Positions 25,809 to 35,892 of a DNA stretch of 64,000 nt are shown in pieces. A program made the translations under genes and the position numbers. The stretch covers positions 199,281-263,280 of the forward strand of contig CAWIIP010000004.1 in NCBI GenBank assembly GCA_963836235.1. The letters are read 5' to 3'. Origin of the DNA: an uncultured Pseudomonadota bacterium (lineage in GTDB: Bacteria; Oederibacteriota; Muellerivitia; Muellerivitales; Muellerivitaceae). Below the pieces are notes generated by a model that saw only the letters and a list, made by a program, of their open reading frames with translations, ran no database searches and was not told the origin of the DNA. The number at the start of each line of letters is the position of its first letter. Within the stretch, counting starts at the first letter, position 1.

Positions 25809-26279
25809 ATGAAACTTTTAGGCGATCTTTTTTCCAACATATTTCTTATTGGCCTTGTAGTTTTCCTTGGCGTCTTTTGCTTGATGATGGTCTTGGGCGG
25901 TATTGCTTTTATCGGCAGGATTTTGTTTTACGTTTTTTATCCCCTCTATTTCCTAACATTAAAACCGGCCATTTGGGCATTTAGTTCAATTTTTCAAAGT
26001 CGTTGCCCTCAATGCAAAGGGTTCTTCAAAAGAAAGTTAATCGATTTTGAAGTCGCCAGCGAAGAGGAAATTAGAAAGACAGTAAACCGCATTGATCGGG
26101 GAACCATCTATTCCAACAGGCTTTTTGTTCCAAACATGGGTTATGAAGCCAACCGTAAGGAACAGGTAACCGTAATTCAAAAGACGATTCAAAACCATTG
26201 GGAATGTAAAAATCCTACTTGCGGTCATAAGTGGCTTTCCGAAGAATTCATGGAATACGAAGGTTCCTTGGAAAATTAA
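25809..26279 (+). CDS. membrane-anchored zinc-ribbon protein, hypothetical
   Basis: Two N-terminal TM helices, then CPQC ... CKNPTCGH. Confidence 0.35.
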   Translation: MKLLGDLFSNIFLIGLVVFLGVFCLMMVLGGIAFIGRILFYVFYPLYFLTLKPAIWAFSSIFQSRCPQCKGFFKRKLIDFEVASEEEIRKTVNRIDRGTIYSNRLFVPNMGYEANRKEQVTVIQKTIQNHWECKNPTCGHKWLSEEFMEYEGSLEN

Positions 26280-26407
26280 TAGTTAGTCCCTCGTCCTCTA
26301 CAATCCCGGTCTAATTAAGTTAAATACCCAAAATGTCTTTTGGTTGATTGCGCCGAAAAGGTTAGAATCGTTTGGCGTTTGAAACCTAGAGGGTTGGGGG
26401 TTCTTGA

Positions 26408-28027
26408 ATGGGTTCAATATATTTAAACGGGTTGAATGTCGAGCAAAGGAAAGCTTTGGTCGAAAAGTTATTTAAAACACAAAATGGTAAGTGTTTTATT
26501 TGTGAAAAGGAAATTGACCTAACTCTTCATTCTGATTCGGTTGACATAGACCATGTAGAACCACAAAAAGTTGGGGGAAAAGATGATCCGAGTAATTTTG
26601 CTTTAACCCATGATTCCTGTAACAGATCGAAGCAAGCAAGTGATCTGCGAGTTGCAAGAGTTCTTTCTCGTTTCGAAAAGATTAAAGAAGAAGTAGAAGC
26701 GGCAGTAAATCGTGGCCCGAATTTAAGTGATGTTCTGCAAAGGTACCAAGGGGCAAGGTACGACCTCCCAATGAAAATTGAAGACGGTTACATTTCTTTT
26801 TCTTTTCCAGATTTAAAGATTAATCAAATTGTTAAAGTTCCCTTATATAAGGATGAATTAAGCGGCCTTCAATATTTTTTTGCAAAATTACCAATTGAAT
26901 ATTTGTTCCATGATGATCGTGTTAATCCGAGATCAGTAGGAGGAAGTCTTCATGGATTGGTGGAGGAGTTTCATAGGAAACGACCCCAACTTCAAATTGG
27001 ATTGGCTTGGTCCGAATTAAAGGGAAGCGACGTTCGAGGAAAAATTCAAGTTTTCGATGGACAGCATAAAGCAACCGCCCAAGTGTTGCTTGGGACCAGG
27101 GAAATTCCATTACGAGTTTTTTTAAACCCCAATTTAGATATTTTATTAACGACAAATACGAATGCAGGTACTACGTTACGCCAAGTGGCTTTTGACAAAT
27201 CAGTCCAAAGACACTTGGGGAGCGCATTGTTTGCGGATCGAATTCAAAGGTATCGAAAAGACCGTGGTTTGAAAGATGACGATGAGAATTTTTCTGAAAA
27301 AGATCTTGTCAATCACTTCAGGGGTGAATGGCGAGAAATGAGAAAATACATTCTTGATGCGGTAAGAGATTACATTACTCATAACGTAGAAAATAAATTA
27401 AAAGATTATGTGGATTTCGCCGGCAAAGGTAAGGAGAAGCCTTTGTCATATAGCACAATGGAAAAAACATTTTATTCTTTTTTTATTTTACAAGAAGCTT
27501 TGGAAACTCCTTTAAATTATCGTTTAGATGAGAATGAAAACCCTCGGGAGTTAGAGAAACAACAAATATTGCAATTGATGAATTTAATTGCTGAAAAAAT
27601 TTATATCGGTCGTTTTGACCCTGCATTAGGTACAGCTAGAATAGAAAACAAAATTCAAAAAGGCGAGGATGTTCCCGAACCACATTTGATAGCTTATCGG
27701 TTGAGTCGTGAAGAAATAATTTATACTTGGTTAAAGATTGTGAGAAACATTGCGCATAATTATTTCATCATGACCGGAAAATCAATCCATGAAGAAAAAC
27801 TCTTTCAATACAAGTTTCCTGAACCTTTATGGGACAATATTGAGAATTTCCTTGTGAATTTAACCAAGATGCCATTATGGATTAACCGGGATCTTTCTTT
27901 ATCAGTGTTTGGCGGTAAACAAAATAATGAATATTGGCAAACGATTTTCGAGACTGGAAAGACACCATCCGGACAAGCGGTTTTACCGGCGGGTGTAAAT
28001 TTCATTAAAATGATTCAACAAAGTTAA
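26408..28027 (+). CDS. HNH endonuclease fused to DGQHR-like (DndB/ParB-Srx-type) domain protein
   Basis: N-terminal HNH (CFICEK ... IDHVEPQKVGG ... HDSCNRSK). Central VFDGQHKATAQVL, a DGQH(K) variant of the DGQHR motif. 539 aa. Confidence 0.55.
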   Translation: MGSIYLNGLNVEQRKALVEKLFKTQNGKCFICEKEIDLTLHSDSVDIDHVEPQKVGGKDDPSNFALTHDSCNRSKQASDLRVARVLSRFEKIKEEVEAAVNRGPNLSDVLQRYQGARYDLPMKIEDGYISFSFPDLKINQIVKVPLYKDELSGLQYFFAKLPIEYLFHDDRVNPRSVGGSLHGLVEEFHRKRPQLQIGLAWSELKGSDVRGKIQVFDGQHKATAQVLLGTREIPLRVFLNPNLDILLTTNTNAGTTLRQVAFDKSVQRHLGSALFADRIQRYRKDRGLKDDDENFSEKDLVNHFRGEWREMRKYILDAVRDYITHNVENKLKDYVDFAGKGKEKPLSYSTMEKTFYSFFILQEALETPLNYRLDENENPRELEKQQILQLMNLIAEKIYIGRFDPALGTARIENKIQKGEDVPEPHLIAYRLSREEIIYTWLKIVRNIAHNYFIMTGKSIHEEKLFQYKFPEPLWDNIENFLVNLTKMPLWINRDLSLSVFGGKQNNEYWQTIFETGKTPSGQAVLPAGVNFIKMIQQS

Positions 28028-28086
28028 TCGAGATTTAAAACTTAAATTTCCAATTTAGATAAATTAGGAAAAATGGGAGTGTTTTT

Positions 28087-31000
28087 TTGTCTATAAAGAG
28101 GTTGGACAAAGCCTTAACAAATATTTTTAAATCCTATTTACGGGATGTTAAAAGTCTCTTAAATGAGTCTGCGAAAACCCACCGTTTTGTTGCTTTGGTA
28201 TCCGAACTCTTTCCAGGAAACCCCGTAATTAGTGATCTTGCATCGAGCATAGAAAAGAACACTTTGCGAATTGATGAAAATAAGAAGCTTGCAAAGGGAC
28301 GTATCGATTCTTATTACGGAAACGCAGTTATTGAATTCGAAAATTCTTTAAAGGTCACAGGCGCTCATGCTGAGGAACAACTAAAAGGGTATGTTGCTGG
28401 TATTTGGATTAAAGAACATCCAAAGCCCGGAAAGGAATTTCGACCTTTAATTGCAGTGGCTTCTGATGGAATTGTTTGGCGAATTTATCGACCGGTATTT
28501 GTTTCCTTGGATAATGGAATCCCGAATGTCAGACTTGATAAACTTCAGGATTTCATTCTTACAGAAGATAACCTGGATGAATTTTGGGTTTGGCTTACGA
28601 GTTTTTTATTTAGGCCACAGCAAATTGAACCTACCGCGGAACAATTTAGAAGAGATTTTGGAGCTTCAAGTCTGGCCTTCAACGAGGGGAAAGAGGCGTT
28701 AAGACAAGCATGGAAAGAAGCTCAAAAAAACAAAGAAATACTTTTAGCTTTTGAAACTTGGAAAAAGTACCTGACCTTCACTTATGGTCGGCTATCCTCC
28801 GAAGACGATTCTCAACTTAACAATGAACTTGTTGAATTGTTTTTAAAACATACTTACTTAGCTTGTTTGGCAAGGCTACTAATTTGGGCTTCGCAGTCGA
28901 AAGGGAAAGTCGGAGAAGATATAAGAGGAATGATTCATCAGATCATTTCCGGGGTTTATTTTGTTTCAAGAGGATTAGCCAACTTAGTAGAGAATGATTT
29001 CTTTCAATGGACTCGTGGTGAACAAGCCGACATTATCCTGTATCCCATTTGGGAAAGGATACTTGTTCAATTACTAACTTATGATTTGCGGTCAATGAAG
29101 GAGGATGTATTTAAAAGTATCTACCAAGAATTAGTTGACCCAAAAGACAGGCATGATTTAGGGGAATATTACACACCGGATTGGTTATGCGAACGATTAG
29201 TCGAGGAATTATTGCCTAAAAGGGGGTTCGTATCTGTTTTGGACCCAAGTTGTGGGTCTGGTTCATTTTTAAGAGCGTCAATTTCTCATCTCCTAAAAAA
29301 TAACCCTGGATTATCCAAAGAAGAAAAGCTTAACCAAATTCTCCAAAATGTTGCCGGTATTGATATTCACCCTTTGGCTGTCACGATTGCGAGAGCAACA
29401 TATGTTTTGGCACTTGGGGACCTTATGGCGACAGTAAAAAGACCTATTAGGATTCCTGTTTATATGGCGGATTCACTTTTCTTACCAGCGGATGTTACTC
29501 AAACAAGCATTTTTGAAGATGAAAGTATTGGGATAGAACTTAGTTTCGGCGGGGAAAAGGTAATTATCCCGGATGAATTAGTTAAAAATCCTGATCTGTT
29601 TGACAAAGCAATTTCCTCCTCCACAAAAGTAGCTGTCGATCACGCCATTTCCGGGAAAGAGAACTTAAATAGTTTGAAAAGCTTCTTAGAAAAAGAAGCT
29701 CCGGCAATTGGTAAATTTAAAAACAAAAAGAGTGTTTATACTTCTTTGTGGTCTTACGTTGAAAAACTTACCAGGTTAATAACTTTAAAGCAAAATTCAA
29801 TTTGGGATTTCATCATAAGAAATGCTTATAGGCCTGCCATGATAAGAAACCATTTTGATGTAATTTTAGGAAACCCCCCTTGGTTGTCGTATCGTTACAT
29901 TGAGAACCCCGAATACCAAAAAGAAATTAAACGACTGGCAGTTGATGAATATAAAATCGCGCCGAAATCACAAAAACTTATTACCCAAATGGAATTGGGT
30001 ACTGTTTTTTTGGCACATAGCTTAACGGCGTTTGGAAAAGAAAAGGCAAAGCTTGGTTTTGTTCTCCCGAGAAGTGTTTTAGGGGCTGACCAGCATTCAA
30101 ATTTAAGATTAAGAAAATATTTTGCCCCTATTCGTTTGACTGGGTATTGGGATTTAAAAGGTGTACACCCGTTATTTCGGACTTTATCTTGTGTCCTTTT
30201 TGCAGAACACAATGAAAAAAAGGGGAGTATTGGGGATAGTCTTGATGTCTTGGAATGGGAAGGTGCTCTCGAGGAAAAAGATGTTCGATGGGAAAAAGCC
30301 AAAAAATCCCTGAAAGTTGTAAAGGCTCTTGGACGAGTCAGATTTCACGGCAATAGCAATGCTTTCACTACAAAGGAAGGAAGTTTAGAAGAACAAAAGG
30401 TAAGTACGTATTCTGCCCGGTTTAAACAAGGGGCAACACTTGTTCCCAGAAATTTTTATTTTGTTAACGTTAAAGATTTAGGGAAAAAGGTCGAACCGAA
30501 TAAACTTTATTGGGCAGAAACAGATCCTGAGCAAGCAAAGCAATCAAAGCCAACTTATAAAGAAGTAAGAATGAGCGGTCATGTCGAAGGACGATTCATA
30601 TTTTCTACGGCTTTGGCAAAACACTTACTCCCGTTCGTTTTATTGGACACCCCAAAGGTCGTATTGCCTTCAGAATACAAAAATGGATATTTTAATGTTG
30701 TTACTTCAGAAGAATTGAGACAAAACGGTTTTAGAGAAATGGCAGAATGGATGTCGAAAGCGGAGAAGATTTGGAACAAAAAGAGGGAAGACAAGGCTAT
30801 AAACCAAACGGCTTATGAAAGAATTGATTATCAAAAAGGAATTTCTGCCCAAAGTTTAAATCAAAGATACCTTGTACTTTATAATGCGGCAGGGAAAAAC
30901 ATTTCTGCTGCTTACTTTGATAGGAGCACCTCTCCATTGCCTTTTATTGTAGAGAGCAAACTTTATTGGATGGACTGCGCTTCAGTTGAAGAATGTGATT

Positions 31001-31308
31001 ATGTCAGCGCCATCTTAAATTCTGAGATAGTGAACGAAAGTATGAAACCATTTCAATCCGCAGGATTACTTGGCGAAAGAGATATTCACAAAAAAGCTCT
31101 TGGATTACCAATACCCGCATTCGACCCAAAAAATATTTTGCATAAGGAAATTGCTGATCTTGGTAAAGCTTCTAGAATTAAAGCGGCGACTTTGGTAAAT
31201 CCGAAATTTCTCGAATCATCTTTAGCGAAACAAAGAGGAAATATTAGGGAAGGTGTAAAAGAAATTCTTGATAAAATTAATCCTTTAGTTAAAGGCCTTA
31301 TTACTTAG
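28087..31308 (+). CDS. large gamma-class N6-adenine DNA methyltransferase (type IIG/PglX-like architecture)
   Basis: GEYYTP (motif X), VLDPSCGSGSFL (motif I) and ILGNPPWLSY (motif IV, NPPW). 1073 aa with N-terminal extension of about 330 aa and C-terminal extension of about 450 aa. Confidence 0.7.
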   Translation: MSIKRLDKALTNIFKSYLRDVKSLLNESAKTHRFVALVSELFPGNPVISDLASSIEKNTLRIDENKKLAKGRIDSYYGNAVIEFENSLKVTGAHAEEQLKGYVAGIWIKEHPKPGKEFRPLIAVASDGIVWRIYRPVFVSLDNGIPNVRLDKLQDFILTEDNLDEFWVWLTSFLFRPQQIEPTAEQFRRDFGASSLAFNEGKEALRQAWKEAQKNKEILLAFETWKKYLTFTYGRLSSEDDSQLNNELVELFLKHTYLACLARLLIWASQSKGKVGEDIRGMIHQIISGVYFVSRGLANLVENDFFQWTRGEQADIILYPIWERILVQLLTYDLRSMKEDVFKSIYQELVDPKDRHDLGEYYTPDWLCERLVEELLPKRGFVSVLDPSCGSGSFLRASISHLLKNNPGLSKEEKLNQILQNVAGIDIHPLAVTIARATYVLALGDLMATVKRPIRIPVYMADSLFLPADVTQTSIFEDESIGIELSFGGEKVIIPDELVKNPDLFDKAISSSTKVAVDHAISGKENLNSLKSFLEKEAPAIGKFKNKKSVYTSLWSYVEKLTRLITLKQNSIWDFIIRNAYRPAMIRNHFDVILGNPPWLSYRYIENPEYQKEIKRLAVDEYKIAPKSQKLITQMELGTVFLAHSLTAFGKEKAKLGFVLPRSVLGADQHSNLRLRKYFAPIRLTGYWDLKGVHPLFRTLSCVLFAEHNEKKGSIGDSLDVLEWEGALEEKDVRWEKAKKSLKVVKALGRVRFHGNSNAFTTKEGSLEEQKVSTYSARFKQGATLVPRNFYFVNVKDLGKKVEPNKLYWAETDPEQAKQSKPTYKEVRMSGHVEGRFIFSTALAKHLLPFVLLDTPKVVLPSEYKNGYFNVVTSEELRQNGFREMAEWMSKAEKIWNKKREDKAINQTAYERIDYQKGISAQSLNQRYLVLYNAAGKNISAAYFDRSTSPLPFIVESKLYWMDCASVEECDYVSAILNSEIVNESMKPFQSAGLLGERDIHKKALGLPIPAFDPKNILHKEIADLGKASRIKAATLVNPKFLESSLAKQRGNIREGVKEILDKINPLVKGLIT

Positions 31309-31375
31309 TATTAAGATTATTCTGAGCTTGACCGAGACTTAATTTGGTAGTTCGGCACCAAATAAATAAATGGTT

Positions 31376-31861
31376 TTATTTTAAAAATTCTTTAGCCAAT
31401 TCCTTTGCGTTGTAAACCAAACAAGGCCATGTCCCTCCATCTTTTGGGGGTATTTGAAAAACCCAAAACATGAGTTTCGCATTATCATCGGGTAAAATAA
31501 GTAATCGAAGTTGTTCCTTTGTAAAACCCCGGACTACATAATTTCTTTTATCTTGTTCTGAACGGGTGGAACGAAAAATTTCTGCATCTGTTTCTCTGAA
31601 AAAAATAGGCATTGCCATTTTGAAAGGCGTTGGTCCCACAAGCAATACATAATAGTTCCCAGTTATTCTCCCCTTGGACAATTCCATCAATCCCCAAAAT
31701 GGCTGACCTTCCACGTTTTCATCAGGTAATAGTTTTTTTATTCGTTCACGAAAATCACTTAAAAATTCCTTTTTTTCTGTTTCCGACAAAACCCTATGGG
31801 GTGAAAAATTCCATTTAAATTGTTTTGCAAAAAACTTTAGGTATTGCATTAAAGCTTTCAT
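31376..31861 (-). CDS. hypothetical protein
   Basis: 161 aa. 4-nt overlap with the upstream HTH gene. Confidence 0.35.
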   Translation of the reverse strand: MKALMQYLKFFAKQFKWNFSPHRVLSETEKKEFLSDFRERIKKLLPDENVEGQPFWGLMELSKGRITGNYYVLLVGPTPFKMAMPIFFRETDAEIFRSTRSEQDKRNYVVRGFTKEQLRLLILPDDNAKLMFWVFQIPPKDGGTWPCLVYNAKELAKEFLK

Positions 31862-32211
31862 TTTGGGTCTTTGTCCCTTTTGGGATTCGAATCATTGGGG
31901 AAAAAATCATGTATTGAACAACACAAAGCTTTCGCAAGCCTGTACAAGACCCAAGTTGGAATTTGGATTACTTTTTTACGTTCCCAACGTTGAACCGTCC
32001 TGGGCGCCACTTCCACCTTTCCAGCAAGATCCTCCTGAGTGATCCCTTTTTTGATCCTCATTTCGGCTATCCGATGTTGGATTTCTTTTAAAAATGAATT
32101 TTCAGAAGGGCTTAAATTGGACATTTTTGAATAGTATTTCACGCAAAATACTCTTTCCACGACCTCTGGGGTCGTGGTAAAAATTTTTGAATAATTGAGA
32201 ATTACCTCCAA
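31858..32211 (-). CDS. XRE-family HTH regulator (true start probably the internal M of MSNLSPSE)
   Basis: IKKGITQEDLAGKVEVAPRTVQRWE is an HTH. Divergent from the lipoprotein gene. Confidence 0.5.
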   Translation of the reverse strand: MEVILNYSKIFTTTPEVVERVFCVKYYSKMSNLSPSENSFLKEIQHRIAEMRIKKGITQEDLAGKVEVAPRTVQRWERKKVIQIPTWVLYRLAKALCCSIHDFFPNDSNPKRDKDPK

Positions 32212-32296
32212 GTCATTCGGGCAAAAACCATTAGAAAGCTCAAATAAAGCTTTCGGTTTAACGGGGGAGGCCCGCCCTGGACTTATGGAGGGTTAT

Positions 32297-33385
32297 ATGA
32301 AAAAGAATTCCGCTATCATTTTGGGAATATCGCTGGTCGTAATTTCCGCTTTTATTTGCTCAATAGGCTGTAAAAACAGCGGCCCTTCAACCCCTTACGA
32401 TATTGGATTTACCCCAACCCCTGTCCGTATTTATGGGCCAGTTAATGCCTTTGTTGAGGATAAAGGGATTGCTGTCCCCAACCTGTTGGTTCAGGCGATA
32501 CCCCCTTCCGGTGTGACAATCTTCAGCCAATCCACCACGGCAAGCGGGATTGCAACCTTTAACCCGCCTTATCTTGAATTGGGGAATTGGACTTTTGTGG
32601 TTCCGGCCCAAACCCCGTTCCCCTATGCCCCTAGCACCATCACCATGCCCGTGTCAGTCGTCAATGAAACGGCCAACTTCAACACGGCGGGGGCTACAAT
32701 TTATTTGACCCCGACTGTGCCGGAATCTTTCACTTCAACCAACCCCGGCTCCCCCTATACCTACAGCATGATTTACAGCCAGCCCGGAAATTTGTTCATT
32801 CCGGGAAAAATCGCCTTTTCCGGATTTCCAACAAATTGGAGCGCGTCTTACGGACCAGCGACGATTGGATATGGGAATTCCGACACCGGCTCCGTTACTG
32901 TTGTTGGTGTCAATTGTGTGGACAGGCAACCCAGTTTCGCAGTGACCGCTCTCGATTTGGAACCAACGCCTTATCCCCGCGCCAACAGTTCACCACAGAC
33001 CATCACCAAAAGTTTCACATCGACGGTCACCGTTACTTGGAACACGACTGGGTTGAATTCCGATTTCTGCAACAACGGAACTGCAATTGGAATCGTATAT
33101 GGAACCCTTACTGTTTCAACTTCCAATGCTTGTTCTTACGATGCCGTTGTTTCAGTTTCAATGAACGCGGGGAATTGTTGTTACAGCCAATTCCAGACAC
33201 CCAATGGAAACGTCTCAGCCGCGAATTGTGGCGGGGGTGGAGTTAATTTTGGACCGGGGTCCTATAACTGCACTGTCCTGAGTGGTGCCACTTGGGGAGC
33301 CCTTAATTGTTCCTTCAACGGTGTCTCACATACCGTGAACGTTCCGACATCGGGTTCTGTCCAGCTTTTAAGCACAAGTTACTAA
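32297..33385 (+). CDS. Thr/Ser/Cys-rich lipoprotein, hypothetical
   Basis: ATG at 32297 follows an RBS. Signal peptide plus lipobox (AFICSIGC). The table ORF starts earlier, at 32195. Confidence 0.4.
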   Translation: MKKNSAIILGISLVVISAFICSIGCKNSGPSTPYDIGFTPTPVRIYGPVNAFVEDKGIAVPNLLVQAIPPSGVTIFSQSTTASGIATFNPPYLELGNWTFVVPAQTPFPYAPSTITMPVSVVNETANFNTAGATIYLTPTVPESFTSTNPGSPYTYSMIYSQPGNLFIPGKIAFSGFPTNWSASYGPATIGYGNSDTGSVTVVGVNCVDRQPSFAVTALDLEPTPYPRANSSPQTITKSFTSTVTVTWNTTGLNSDFCNNGTAIGIVYGTLTVSTSNACSYDAVVSVSMNAGNCCYSQFQTPNGNVSAANCGGGGVNFGPGSYNCTVLSGATWGALNCSFNGVSHTVNVPTSGSVQLLSTSY

Positions 33386-33397
33386 GGGGCCTGGATT

Positions 33398-34153
33398 ATG
33401 AAATATCTACCGGCACTTTTATTGATTTGTTTGATTTATGGATGCGGAAAAGGCCCTTCTGGACCGACCGGGCCTCAAGGTTCCCCTGGTACGGGTATCC
33501 CTTCATTTCAATTGGAATTCGAGCAAGGGATATTTCCCGACGCCGGATATTCCGGAGTTGACACCCACTGGCTGGATGGAAGCAATCCCAATACAGCGCC
33601 GGGTACGGGGGAGATTGAAGTAGCCACCGGAACAACCACCTCGAATGTGGCTTTGGGGTTAGTGAGGTTCGACCTTTCTTATGGCATTCCATCAAACGCC
33701 ACAATCACCGGCGCAAGTCTGGAATTAACAACCGAAACCGGTTCGATCCTTTCAGGCGGGACTTATGTTTTTGGCATCCATCAAGTCATCCAGCCACCTG
33801 CCGGGCAGGTGCCTTGGAACGACTCAAGTACATGGAATGTTTTGGTAACCCCATATGGTTGGGACGGGGGGACCAGTTCTCCCGTTACGGCGGGGGCCGA
33901 TTACAACTCGACCCCGATGGACGCTGTGACTGTTACCGCCTCGCAGGTCAACGCAACCCAAATTCTCCTAGCTTGGAATATCACGCCTGCCCTTGCCCAG
34001 GTTTGGGTGAACAAAGCCAATAACAATTACGGAGTTTTGATTTCGCCGGAACCAGAAATAAGCGGGTCGGTTTCAGGCTTTATTTCGTTTTGGGATAACA
34101 CGGGGAACTCCCAACAAAAACCAAAGATGATTGTTTCTTACACCATTCCTTGA
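33398..34153 (+). CDS. secreted lipoprotein with DNRLRE-like carbohydrate-binding-type domain
   Basis: Signal peptide/lipobox LLICLIYGC. Collagen-like GPTGPQGSPG. VALGLVRFDLSYGIPSNATITGASLEL ... WNDSSTW pattern as in DNRLRE-domain proteins. Confidence 0.4.
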   Translation: MKYLPALLLICLIYGCGKGPSGPTGPQGSPGTGIPSFQLEFEQGIFPDAGYSGVDTHWLDGSNPNTAPGTGEIEVATGTTTSNVALGLVRFDLSYGIPSNATITGASLELTTETGSILSGGTYVFGIHQVIQPPAGQVPWNDSSTWNVLVTPYGWDGGTSSPVTAGADYNSTPMDAVTVTASQVNATQILLAWNITPALAQVWVNKANNNYGVLISPEPEISGSVSGFISFWDNTGNSQQKPKMIVSYTIP

Positions 34154-34162
34154 GGTGGATAT

Positions 34163-35380
34163 ATGAAAAAGAGAATATCTATTTTTGTGGTCCTGATTTT
34201 ATTTCATTCGGTGATGGCTTATGCCAAGACAAAACCGAAAACCACCCCTACCCCAAGCCCAACTTCAACCCCGGAACCTAAGCCCCGGTGGGTCCCGCCA
34301 CCCTATGTTGGCAACGACTCCAAAGTCCTCAATGCGACTGTTGCGGCCCATTACGAGAGTGCCGCTTCCGGGAACCTTGGCTATTCCTTATTCGACCTTT
34401 CTGGTATCCGAAAACTCGACGAGAACGACGTTTCGGCCCAAGGGACCGTCCGGTTCATGAAATATTTTTCCAGTTCGGATGATGTAGGGGAACTCCAATT
34501 GAGGGAAGCCAATCTTTCCCTTTCCGAGCCCTGGATTGAAGTAAGGTTGGGCCGGATGGATTTGTCCGATATCGCAAGTACCACCCACTTTTTTGGGCGT
34601 TATCCCTTGATGGGTTTGAGGCGATTGGACGGGATCAAGGTTTATATCCCTTTCAAGTTTTTCTTCGGAGTTGAGGATTACAAGAGCGTTTCAAGCCCGC
34701 CGACATCGTTAAGCTTTTTTTATTTTCCAACCCTTCTTTCGGCCCAGGACGCTGTCATTGACGGTTCCCAAGGTTATTTCATGGGACAGGCCCGCATGAA
34801 ACTCAATTTCGGGGATATTCGGACAGTCCTTCTTTTCAACATGGGGGCCAGCTCGTCGGATGATTTTGAATACTCCTCCATGAGTGGGAATCCTGCCTAC
34901 TCCATTTGTGGGGAGGCCAACTTCAGCAGGGATTACACCCTTTACTTCGAATACGGGGTTCAGGATTCCGCCAGGTCGGGCGATACGAGCGCATTCACAT
35001 TTGGGGGAAAAGCCGAGCATCTATTTACCTTCGACTTCCTCTCCCTCGACCAAGTCATTCTGGAAGTCCAAGTTCCGATTGCCAACAATCCCAATAATCC
35101 ATTTACAGGCGGGAACGGCATTGATCCGGCATCCGCAGTACTCCCTCAGACCGCTTTGTATGGGAAGGCGCGGATTCGAATTCGGTCTATTTTCATTGAT
35201 TTCAACATCACTGATTCTTTGGGCGATTTCACCTTCGCTCGGTTGAATCCCAACAACATCAACACACCTTTACCCATGCCGGTGGGTGGGGGGAATGAGA
35301 CGGACGGCCTGGAAATCCCGCTTCTCTCATCCGGTTACAACAACTACGCCTTCAGCGTGGATACGGGGGTTCAGTTTTGA
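34163..35380 (+). CDS. secreted protein, possible outer-membrane beta-barrel
   Basis: Signal peptide MKKRISIFVVLILFHSVMAYA. Alternating beta-strand pattern. C-terminal ...VDTGVQF ends in Phe. Confidence 0.35.
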   Translation: MKKRISIFVVLILFHSVMAYAKTKPKTTPTPSPTSTPEPKPRWVPPPYVGNDSKVLNATVAAHYESAASGNLGYSLFDLSGIRKLDENDVSAQGTVRFMKYFSSSDDVGELQLREANLSLSEPWIEVRLGRMDLSDIASTTHFFGRYPLMGLRRLDGIKVYIPFKFFFGVEDYKSVSSPPTSLSFFYFPTLLSAQDAVIDGSQGYFMGQARMKLNFGDIRTVLLFNMGASSSDDFEYSSMSGNPAYSICGEANFSRDYTLYFEYGVQDSARSGDTSAFTFGGKAEHLFTFDFLSLDQVILEVQVPIANNPNNPFTGGNGIDPASAVLPQTALYGKARIRIRSIFIDFNITDSLGDFTFARLNPNNINTPLPMPVGGGNETDGLEIPLLSSGYNNYAFSVDTGVQF

Positions 35381-35883
35381 AAGGGGCATTTCTTTTCATC
35401 ATTTTTTGGTTTGTTTCCAGGGCCTTGGCCCAGGACGGCAACCCATTCACGGACGTCCGGGACAGGGACCAATGGTCTATAGAACAGGTTATGGAGCATA
35501 AAGCCCCCGTGGATTCATGGGATGGAAGTTCAAATGAAGGAGGCACCCACCGGGGAAAAAGACCTGCTCCAATTGCTCCCCCAACCGCGACTCCTTTTCA
35601 AACTAAATCTTACAACTTCCAAACCGAAACAGACGAGGCCAAGGTCGGCGCATCCATTACGGATAACGGTTCCAATTTCACCATAGATATTTCCTGTGAC
35701 CAAACGATCCAGGGTTGGCTTTTGAAATTCCAATCAACCAAGCAGGTTTTCCTGAAAGGGGGGGCGCCCACGGATAACCCTTACAAATGCCGGATCGCGG
35801 TGGACCGGCCCTATATCAGGGACTTTGGACTGACCGTTTATGTCACCCAAGACAGTGATCCGGCTTTTATCCAACTCTTTTAG
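35377..35883 (+). CDS. secreted protein, hypothetical
   Basis: Signal peptide FLFIIFWFVSRALAQD. 168 aa. Confidence 0.35.
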   Translation: MKGAFLFIIFWFVSRALAQDGNPFTDVRDRDQWSIEQVMEHKAPVDSWDGSSNEGGTHRGKRPAPIAPPTATPFQTKSYNFQTETDEAKVGASITDNGSNFTIDISCDQTIQGWLLKFQSTKQVFLKGGAPTDNPYKCRIAVDRPYIRDFGLTVYVTQDSDPAFIQLF

Positions 35884-35892
35884 GCGGTAAAG

